The notes under the pieces are model-generated. The model ran no database searches. It was not told the DNA's origin and saw only the letters and a list, made by a program, of their open reading frames with translations. Made by a program: the position numbers and the translations under genes. Shown here one piece after another: positions 40,085-51,500 of a stretch of DNA of 64,000 nucleotides (positions are counted from its first letter, which is position 1; every line of letters starts with the position of its first letter). This stretch comes from Fimbriosthenelais zetlandica. Its lineage: Eukaryota. The stretch lies in contig OZ365112.1 in NCBI GenBank assembly GCA_977030845.1, forward strand, positions 6,758,001 through 6,822,000. The letters run 5' to 3'.

Positions 40085-40690
40085 CAGTAAGGCTGAGAGG
40101 TGGTGAGGCAGGTATCAATGATTGTGGGGAACAGGTAAGCAGTTTAGTTGGTTAGGCTCTAAGGCAGACAAATCAGGAAGTAGTGAGAATGTAGCCAACT
40201 AATGGACAAATTAAGAAGACAATGGATAGGGTAGCCGGCACAATCTGGCTAGAAAGACAAGCATTTGGCAGTGGGTGCAGTTATAGGCAGGAATGGCACA
40301 AGCAAGCAGTTAGCTGGTAGCTTAATATGGTAGATAACTAGGTCTGTAATCAGGCCAGCGGTTAGGCTGAGTAGGCAGACAGCATTGGTTAGGCTTTGCT
40401 GTGACTGAATCAGGCAAGCATAGGTAGATAACCAGATAAGCAATCAGTCATGGAGTCAAGCAATCAGGTTAGGAGTTGGGTGAGGCAAGCAGTATGTGGG
40501 TGTGTTAAGCCAATGCCCAGTCAGGCAAGCAGTTAGATAAGCTATATACATTCAGGCAGGGTGTGAGGTAGGCATTAATATAGGTGAGGCAGGTAGTAGG
40601 CATTGACATTCATACAAGCCTAGTGTAATGCATTCAGGCAGGGATAGAACCAAGCACCGAGGAAGGGATTAGTAAGTTAGGTAGGAACTA
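40085..40690 (+). repeat. Decayed compound micro/minisatellite (AGGC/AAGC/TAGG/AATC units)
   Basis: Recurrent AGGCAAGCA, GGTTAGG, (G)TGAGGCA(G/A)G, CATTCAGGCAGGG and AATCAG over ~600 bp, with strong strand bias. Confidence 0.65.
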
Positions 40691-42566
40691 CCATCTAGTG
40701 AGATATCTAAGATATCTCTTATCATTCCAACACCACTCATTAGTATGACTAAAAGCTAGTGCAACACTTTTTCATGCTCTATTCACAAATGTGAAGTATC
40801 TTTAAGGAACTATATACCCCATAATACATTAAACAGATCAATCTGTTATAAGTGGCCGAGGCCTTCTTTATATCCATTGGGGATTGACATAGTTCCTGAT
40901 GAGCAGTGCTGCATTAGACGACGAAAGTAGTTTTCACCATGATCTCAGAAATTCAAATACTCTGGAGACCACTATGAAAACCAGTTTCGTCTAAGAGTGT
41001 TGGCGACGAGACACTTCCCTTCCAACGTTGAAAGTGCTGGTGACGTCAGAGGTACACGTGACGACGTGCTGGTGGCGCCGTTGTGAGGGTGGTGGCCTGG
41101 AGGAGCGGGGACTATTTTTTCCTTGGTGTAGGAATACTTGATGTTATAACAGGACTGAGACATGTAGTACAAGAAGTCTGATGCGGGTTCCTTCATGATG
41201 AGGCAGGACTAAGAGATGTCACGACTTTAGTACCATGCAGATCCAAACTCCCGACCAGAAAGCTTATCTCAAAAACCAAACCGACATAATTACCTACACG
41301 GGGATAGTTTGTAGGGATCAAAGCCACAGTCCATTAGTGAAATATTCAGGGCAAGATGGAGCCTAAAATGCTGCAGGCGAGACACAAGTCCCCCAACTTA
41401 CTTTTACAAGATAAAGTCTCTCAGCTTTCGGTCACTGCAGCGCCATCCTTTACAAGTAGATAGACAGCACTGCCTTACTACTGCCAATCATTGCAAGAAT
41501 ACCTTTTCCCACCCCACTTCCCAAGATCTGATCTCACTTTTCAATTTTGCATTTCCATGAGCCAGAGTTTCCACTTAAACCTTCCAGTTGCATTACAGTT
41601 CAAGCCGATCATTCAAGCCTGGAAGTGAGCAACACTAAGTGTGCATTACAATTACTCTCATCAGATACTTCAGCACGACTGCAACTCATGAAACACAATG
41701 AGATTTTTAATTTGGAATCCTGTCCGGGACAGATAAGATGTGGAGTAGCGAAGAAGGCAGGCAAAAACTATTATAATCTTATCTCTAAAACTGCCCAGTT
41801 TAAAGCATGTACGAGTACTTGGGAAAAACATTATTCGCGATGGTATAGATAGTATTAGGTTTGGTTACTACGACGATAGATCTTTTCCCCCAAGAGACTG
41901 TTCTTGAATGATGACCAGTTGACAAGCCTTAGTTTTTTTTGCCACCGTCTGAGACATGAAAAAACATGATGTTGGGTCTATCTTGGGACACAAATGGTGG
42001 GCTTGAAGGTCGTTTGTCAATGTCCAATCTCCATGCTTCATGAAGACATGGAAAGGGAGCAAAGGGACACAGCCCTGAGTGGAAGAGAAAGAGCGAGAGA
42101 ACGATATAATGATAGGTTCTCAAAGCATCCAAGCAGCTTACACTTCGCGGAGGGTTCTCACCACTAGAACGACCAAGAAACCACATGCTCCACATAAAGT
42201 GATCAAAAACTCGATCCTTAGCCTGGTTTATTGATAATTAGTCTATAAACCGGGGACAATAGGTCACTGGGGCCTACCAAGTACTACATGGTACTGGTTA
42301 GGAACTATTTATTCCTTAATGGCCTCTATATTTATGGGAATTTAAATCCCACTGTACAAGATCAGGGTTCGGGTATGCAACCCTACATTCCCGTCACTTG
42401 TGATTTGGGGGTCTTGCGGTCATGTCTTTAACTCTTTTTTCTTCGCGAGGCCACAAGGTCTGGTAGCTGTGGGTTGGTTTTCATCAGAATTTTCAATCTT
42501 CCATTAATGGGGCTGTGAATGGACGACAGGAACAGTTCACATTCACGAGGGCCTGGAGGCAGGCTA

Positions 42567-42578
42567 GCCCCCTGGTGG
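42567..42578 (-). promoter_or_regulatory. CTCF consensus match (reverse)
   Basis: + strand GCCCCCTGGTGG equals CCACCAGGGGGC on the - strand, the canonical CTCF core. Motif match only. Confidence 0.5.
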
Positions 42579-45500
42579 ACTGGAGGAGAACTAGGGGGTG
42601 TCTGGTAAAGCTCAAACGTACGGTAGTGAACGGTGAAGGAGAGCAGCTGTTCTGGTGATACGTCCACGGCTTGGAATGAGCTGAACCCAACCCACCAGCC
42701 AACCAAACCTGTACCCACAGAATACAAACTGAAAATCAAGTCACACTTGGTTAAAAGTAAAGCATAAGACACATGCATCTTGATGGCTCCGGGACTCACG
42801 CCCCTGACAGAGAGAAACAAATAGAAAAAGAGACAAAAATTACACGCGAAAAAAGAGAAAGGATGAAATGTGACATAGCAATGTTTGAAATAAACACGGG
42901 TGGAATCATGTCTGTTGCTATTTATGTCCGATAATGTTACAATTTAAGACAAATGTGGGTGAGTGCTACATCTCTTAAATGTACATTTTTATAGCTTCTG
43001 GGTGCCATGGGAGTATGCGAGGCCCTGGTCTTCTCATTCTTTACTCATCCATCATAGAAGCTGAGTCAAAGAATGCTCACCATTCAATCAACATCATTGG
43101 AACTGTTGAAATTCTTACAAGCAGCTAAAGGCCAAATTTTACATGAAAGCAGAAAGAATTCACTCAACTGAACATTTATCTTGAATTTTAAAAAAGCAAG
43201 TGACTAGCGCTGGGACCGAAAAATATTCCTCAAATCTATATAATAATGATTAGAAGTGATCACTGAAAACAAAAATGTAGTTATAAAAATGTGAAGGATG
43301 GATTAGCATAAAATGCGCAAGACCTCGTTTGCTTGCCTGACGTTTAACAAAGCACAGGACCCATTGGGGATGTAACTGTATAAAGAAGTTGACTTACAAA
43401 ACCGAGCAAGCCTGATGTTATCATCAAAGCAAAACTGAATTTATCATCCTGGAACAATACATTTTGCCACTCTTAGTTTCGCGCGTGGCCTCTTTAGTGA
43501 AAAACCTGTATGCTTTTTGCCATGATGATGACTAACAATGTATAAACTGACTTAAGAAGCAGGAACCATGCTCCGATAGTTGCGACCCAATATTGCGGTG
43601 GTCGTATACATGCCTCTCACTCTCCCCCACTCAATACAAGCTTACATATCATACCGCATTGTCACATATAGCGCTCAAGCATTCAATTACCGAGCAATGC
43701 CTCCAAAACCAAGCACTTATCCCAGAGAGGGGTGCTCATTAGAATGGTACGGTAAAAAGCTACTTAATGCTGATACGGTGCTTATTAGAAAGCAAGTAGG
43801 GTTGAGAGTTTCATTTAAAGCTGAGCTCTTTAATGGGATAAATCGGTAGAAAACTTACTTACAAAACCTCCCCAGCCACAAAATAAGGAGGCAGGCCTTT
43901 ATTCTAAGCAGGACCACTGTCTCCTCCACAACAATAGAAGGCAGCAAAAAAATATCAGCTTGAGGTGTTGGAGGGGGGGGGGGGGCTCTCAGCCCGACTT
44001 AATCCATCTGTTCCCCCCATGGGATCCACTTTCTCAAATTGCAATAACTTAACTTTTTTCCAGCTCCGAGCAGTTTTATGAAAGGGAGTTAATTAGTTCC
44101 GTTTGATTTAACAGTTTAAGTGTTCTAAACTAATCATCACCTGGACTTTTTATGAAACCTCATTATAAGAATGATTAAAACTGGGGGGAAAACACAGTAT
44201 GAAAGGGGATATTCCCGATTTCAACACAATGTGTCCATATTCATCAGAAATATTGACTTTGATGAATATAGAATGTTAACAGATCTTAATGATACATCAA
44301 TTATCAGGTTTTCATTTAATATAAACACAGCATTGCTTCGTGATGTCCGAGCAGCGCCACCTCACACAACGCTGAAAGCTATAGGGGGAAAGGTTTTTGT
44401 CGCAAGCGAGAAGGGGGAGGCCCTTCTCTCAAACTTGAACCAGTTTGTACTCTGAATCCATGTGTATGAGTCATACATGGGGCATGTATAGACATACATA
44501 ACAAACCAAGATATTCCAAATTATCATTGACCTATACCAGTCCACCCACCCGACTATTACCAATCTGATCATGTCTATTAACTTCACTCTATAGAAACGG
44601 TTCCAAAATGTCCAGGAACCGATCTTCAGAACTTCCTGGAAGTTCCGATATGATCAAAGTGTTCCGGAGAAGATCAGAAGCCGTTATCATCTTTTCTAAG
44701 TGTCCCCAAATGCACCTTGTCTATTGATGGAATAAAGGGCAGAATCTACGCGACCTGGGGCGGTATTATCTTCCCCCTTCATGAAGAAGCCTCGATCCTC
44801 CAACCACTTTATATCACATATTTCTGCGCAGGTAAATTTCGAGCACATCAATCATTGCATTAAATCTTCGCTTAAAAAACCTTTTGATGTTACGATACAT
44901 TAGACACGTTTCACAATATAAAGGGCATAAATTCCATGAATTTTGAGAATGTTGACAGGAGTGAAAATATGTACTGCTCGCAAATAAATAGGTTGACAGT
45001 ATATATTGGTGGAGTGACCTGGGGGCGCTGGGCCTGCCCTCGCCAGTGTCTTCATCCTGCCCTCCGTTATCACCCTTTTTACCCTCTACACTTGACGGTA
45101 TGACTGGACTTTGTTTGGGGAAAGCATCATGTAAAACGAGCGCCGACAGATGACCATAACCAGCATATCGTGTGGACCAGGCCCCCAAAACCGGCCAACG
45201 GCAGCAGGTCAAGTACCCATGACCTTCTTAAAATGATTTTTGACTGCCCCTGACCTCTGCCTGCCGACAAGAAGTCGGTCCGATAAAAGGGGTTTGAAGC
45301 GGGGCTGAGGAAAGGAAAGTCACAACCCAATGACATGTAGTCCAAATCCAACACCCCCACAGAAAAGTCACGCATGAGGGATGTTTGAGCGCCTTACCGA
45401 CCGCCAGGGGAAGGTAGAGAAATTGGAGCGTCTTCTCGGTATTTTATTGATCTTTGGTATTTATATCCAATTCATATTTCCGAGTGTTTAGTGAGTTGCC

Positions 45501-48500
45501 ACAAGTGGCTGAGCGCCACCGATAAACCTGCTGACAAGGCAGCGGCCATTCTTAGTATTGTTTAGTCAGATTGGACGAGGATAAACAGTGTGGGATTTAT
45601 GACATTTTTGAGATACTCATAGCAGGAAGTTGCTTCCACTTGGGGGACAATTATCTCTCCATGATGGAGACTGCTTGAGGCAGGGCTGGAGGGGATGGAA
45701 AATAAAAATCTGATAGAAATTTTGCATTTCCTCAGCGAGGGGTGGGTGGAAAACACCATGAAAAATGAGGGAAAATCAAAATATTTTGGGAACAAAAATG
45801 TCTCCTTTTATTTTAGAATAAAATAATTAAATGAATTTTTTTTGGTGAAAAAAAAATCAATATATTGGGTATAAAAGATTGAAAACAGAGGAAAGAACTC
45901 TCATGTTGAAGCAAAAAAAATAAAGAGTTATTGGAGACACGATCCTGAGTCTCACATGGAATGCAAACTTATGGATTAAAGAAAATAAAGCGCGTGAATG
46001 ATGGGTGGAAGGCGTGGCATCCTGGAGGAAGGATCTGACCATGCAGAAAACAAACAATCAGTCAGCTGTATAAGCCTTTTGATGTTCCTGTGAAGTCCAC
46101 CGTTAGAGACCGTCAGATAGACTAATCTAGACTCCAGGCAGCCACTTGTTGCTCTGCCTCCTGGAGCTAACGAGTATTAGATGGGGTGTGGTGAGCCCCA
46201 CCCCAAGATGGTCATCACCACAGCCCAGGAGTGGCCACCACAGCTTCCTCCTAGGTGTGAAAGCAGCGGTCACAAGGTGTGAACCGAGGACTGTAACACC
46301 TTATACTTGGAACGCACAGGTGTCTTCTACCAACTTACTTCAAAAGCTCCGATTCTCACATGTGTGTCGCTTTTCAAAGAGGCATGAATTAAGAAAGCGC
46401 ACTAATGATAGCGATGATAAATAATTATGGGATCTCAAAGGTCATTACTACTTCAAGGGCACAAATGGCTATTACCCCATACTCTCTCCCCTACTTAGCT
46501 TCACAGGGGTATATATCAACCCATGTTCGTAGCATCTATAGCCATCATAAAATGATTAAATAAAATGATAATATCTTTGTATTATTAGAATCATAGAATC
46601 AAACATTTCATGTGCAGAGAAGCATTTTAAATTGTCTCAGAACAAAGGAACGATTCAACGGCCAACCCCATTTCATCAATAATACACCAAAATATAGGTG
46701 AGCCATAATATTTTCATTTTGAACTCGCCTTTGTAGAGAAAATATGAGTTATGGGGTGTGAAGATAAGAGGTCATAGGAGTGAGTGTCCACGGGCAGGAG
46801 TAGAGCCGTGGAGGGGAAGTTGGGGTGTGTAGTTGGGGGCAGGGTTTCCTGTTTTCAAGCTGGGATCATATTAATCCCCCCTACTTCCCATACACACGGC
46901 CGAGTTTAACCGGCCTCGCTGACCAAGGCTGAGGGCAGGAGGATAGAGGGGTCCTTTGATTGGATCCATGGGAATATAGCCACATACAGGCCGGACATGT
47001 GCAGGTTGTTATTCATGGAAATGAATCTTTGTTTTCTCATACGCATATCACAGTAGTGTCCAGGATATGGATCTGCTGACCTCTAGTGTTTTTCAAATTC
47101 AAACTGTAGCAAAAATCCTATTTTTTTTCGAAATAACTAGAGCTGTTTGGGTTTTCAGTCACATATAGACGCACCCATTACTCATTGGTTTACCCCACCC
47201 CACAATTTATAATTAGGATTGAGGGAGTAATCAATCAATGCTTTAAAGATGCATCTCCTCTGCCAATACATAAACATCCGATCGGATGTGGCCAGAATGG
47301 ATTATAGAATGCCAGTAATTAAAGCCATTAAATCATGAAAGTGACTTCAGCTTTCATACCTTAAATGTAATGGTAAATGTAATACCTTAAATGTCAAAGA
47401 TCAACTTAAGGGGAGCATGGTATGGAAAACATATGGCAGGTCTTTCCAAGTCAGCTTTAAGCCATTTTAATGGCCATTTTAATCCCAATATTTTTTATCC
47501 ACAACATCTTCTGGGGACTTTTCATATGGAGAATGTTGTAATCTGTAAAGTTCGATCTTTTCACATGTCAACACACAATGTGAATGACAAGAGGAGCAGA
47601 TGCAGGTGTTCTCAGCGGGGTGAGGGCTGGGGCGAAATTAAATCAAAATCACTTACCAAGATGAGTGTGAATAGCGACAAGTAACTTTCTTTTCATGATC
47701 CCCATACACAGAGAGGACAGATGGAAAAGAAAAATACAAGCCTGGATGAGAGATAGAGAGGTGGAAGTGAATACATATCTACACCTCAACACACCACACA
47801 CATACACTTCTAAAGAATCCTTTCTCAGATTTCAGTTTTCTCAATTTATGCCATATTACATGCCGCGACCCCCCATTGCTAAGGCTGAGCAACACTTTAT
47901 TAACTCTTGTTGAATATGGCATAGAAGCTGTTAAAATAGTAATATGCTACAACTGCAACACTTAAAAGGCCTCTCAAATTTCAATTTTATGGCATATTGC
48001 ATGCCAAGAGCTCCATTTACTAAGGCTAAGAAAAGGAGGTTGCTATAATAAATGTTTGTCTAATGTACTGCAGCAATTATGTCCCATCTGGACCCAAAGA
48101 AAAATCTATAAACTACATAATATATTTCTAAATTCATGAATACATTCCATAAATTGAATTTTATATTTTTTTTAAATATTTATCACATTTTAGAGTATAG
48201 TATGGTGGATCGTCAGGGAATATGTTACAAGTTGTCCCTGTGGAACTGACTTCTTTAGCAGTCAGAGCACGCCCTCCAATATACAAACATATTTACCAAG
48301 GCCTTCATGAACTGGGTTGGCATTTAGTTGAAGCATCACAAGGTTGGACGCAAGGAGTGTCAATGTCTCCTACACCATGGTGTATTTTATCTGGGCTGAG
48401 CCTCCCCATTTTCATGTTCAAAATTGGGTTGCCTTATCTTTAAATGCAATCTATACCTCCAAGTGTATGTGTTTATGGAATTTCTAAGGCCGGATTCAAC

Positions 48501-51500
48501 TTGGGCTTTTGAGCCACGTCCGTTACATCCATCACATTAATGTGATATTTAATCGAACACAAAAGGCTCACCCTACACTTCTTTTGAGCTGGAATACATA
48601 AGCTCTCTGAATGCGCAAACCTAAACCTCACACCACAACTCTTCTTGCAGAGTCAGGTAACCTTTGAAAAAGATAGAGAAGTAAACGAGAGAGGGGGAGA
48701 GAGGTAGTAAAAATCCCTCAGAGGATCCGCTAGTCTTTTGCCTTGTCGTGTCTTTGAATAGGATCCTTTAGAAAATGTAGCGTCACTATAGGATACATAG
48801 ATAATGCTTGTAGCGGGGGAATTAGGGAGCAAATGCACCAATGCTGGGGGCTTTTCAGTTCCCTGACTGATCTGAGTCAAGAGTCCCTGTCTGCTGTCTG
48901 AAATCTCCAGATCCACAGACTATAGATGTAATCTCCCATGTCCACAATACATCCTGACCTCATGAGAATACATCGCCACAAGTAGAAAAGAATATGACAA
49001 ATGATCTCTACATAGGTTTTAGTTACTTTTCCACGCTCTGGTCCTTTGTATGAATCAGTCAGCATCCGCTAGTGTGGTAACATAAGTGTGAGGGGCTGAC
49101 ATATTCTTTTTATATCGACATTCAATGCTTCTTATACAAGGTATATAGAAGGAGGGCCTCGCTTGGTCGTTGCCATTGTTTCCTTATTGATCATTCTCTT
49201 TCAATAGGAGAAGATCATTAATCAAGTCAAGTAAGACTGAATGGTAAATGATGAACTCTCTCAAGACAAGTGGATTGATCGGATGAGACTGTACGTGAAG
49301 CGAAACCTCTCCATATCTACCTAGTGGTGCCGGTTTATGGACATGATAAGCTATACTGCTACACCGGGGGGTTGGGAAGGATAGTAATACGCATATTAAA
49401 GTCGATTTTTTAGTTGTTTCTTAGCAGAAGCAGTTTTTCTCATAAGAAAATATTAACCGATCGAGAAAGGCATTGTAGTGAGTGTCAATCATGCCGGTCA
49501 GGATAATTACAGGAGCCTCTGATAGCTTATCAGCCAGACGGATCCCTGGTTACCTCATCTGACAGTGACAGCCACAGATTAGATAAGGAAAACTTCCACA
49601 GAGATCCTTATCACCACTGGGATCGGAAGATCGAGCCTGGGACATGATTGGAGAGTCGGTTTGGGGTCTCTATCGCAGTGATCTATGTGAACATCAACAC
49701 TTGATGAAAAAACGGCGTGAGATCGGTACAAAGCGTAGAATTAAAACCCATTCATCTTGTTTTATTGTGTGTTCATAGGCCCGTGGGAAGTGTTATCAGG
49801 GAACATTGATACCGATATTCTTACATAACTTTCAGTTTTTTTAATAAGGGATACATGAGGACTGTTAATACCCATATTGCACTCGATGCCCTTGTTGTCA
49901 ATATACTTTTCTTGTGCTTCTGATGGTGAAATTTGAGAAGCCCACTTTCTGTAGACTAAGATCAAAAGCTACATCCCTTGAAACCTGAACATGGATTCCA
50001 ATGGCAATGGGTTATAAAAATCATGTCAACCCTCACCGAAAAAACAGGGATTAGCCTTGAAAAAATATAGACATGTTGCAGAAAGGTTTGCTTATGTGTA
50101 GATTTGAGAACGGAGGAAAAAGTCACTAATGGCAAGAGGGGGAGGATCTCTAGCTGAAGCCTGGGAATCAGGGAAGGTATAGGCTGGGTCTAGAGATTAT
50201 AAGGCAACAAGTTGAGGCATCACAGCGTTGCTACGTAAATATAATATATCACCATGGCGCCATCACGCATGTCACTTCATTTTCACCGCTTCACCGCAAC
50301 TCTAGAATTGCTCAAATCATCTGCAATTTCATTTTTGAATTTCAATCCAGCAAAGCCCTTAAAATAGCTTTTTCATTTGAAGTTTTGCATCAGGTATTGA
50401 GGATTCATGTCAAAATAATCATGGCAGTGATGAGAATAGATCCAGATATGGCCAGATTCTGGAGACCTGCGCAAGTCTATGGAGCATCCCTCCGAAAAGA
50501 TGCAGAAGTTGAGTTGGGAGGTCGGTGGATGCCAAACGGCAAAATGCAAGAGGAACTTAACAGGTGGGAGGAGGACGGACGGGAGACAGTCAATGATGTG
50601 CTGGTAAATCATTAATCAGCTTTGTCATGGTCTGGCAGGCCTAGTGTGCTAAGCAGAAACAGCTGTCAGCTGCAAAGGGCAAATACTCACAGAGAAAGTG
50701 AAAAGAAACAGGCAGAAAGTATAAGAGGGGCAGATAAGAAAAGGGCAAATAAAGCAAGAGAGGTAGCGCCTATCAAAGACACGAGCAGAAAAGTCTAAGA
50801 TTGTTCAAGCAAGTGTTCACCCCTGGAAAATAGACCAGGGCAAGAAGAAATCATGCCCTCGAATAACACATTTTGGCTAATGTAGCAAAAAGACAACCAA
50901 TTTATAACTTGATTGGCATTAAAATGTGTTTTTGATTGCATTTCCATGCTCGTCTTGTTCTGTTGACGTGAATTTTTCATCTTTTGCTTTGCTTATGATG
51001 GCTATATGAGGAGTTAGTATTGGACAGTGAGGATCTTCATCCCGGCTTCCACCCACATCCACGCCATCTGTCGGGTGGCGTCTGTCACCACACTAAGCAA
51101 TGAGAAATCACTGTTTCTTCTTCTTTTTTCTACTTCATGCCAACTCACAAACTAAGCCTGCCGACTGCTGAAAAAGTCTCAAGACTTGTTTTTTTTTGGT
51201 GAGGACGAGTGTGTGTGCCGTGTGATGATGTAATGGGAGACGAGTTGATGGTCGACATGGGGGTCAAGGTTCACCGACTGTAGCCAGAGCTCGACTTGCT
51301 CAAGTCCTTCAAAATCTGAATTTTTTTTTATCCCTCTTCGAGGTAGTTAGATATTAGAAATCCACAACCTTGTGTCACTCCCAAACTCTCAGATTAACAT
51401 ATTGATGATGATTGCAAACGTTGGTAAGAAAAAATTTAATGTCTGGGGGACAGTGGCTAGACTACAGCAGGACCCGAGCAGTATAAATCTGTCTACCTGG

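Noticed and set aside
44630-44646. GAACTTCC-T-GGAAGTTC palindrome containing a STAT-type TTCCTGGAA
   Set aside because: Isolated single site. The spacing does not fit a heat-shock element.
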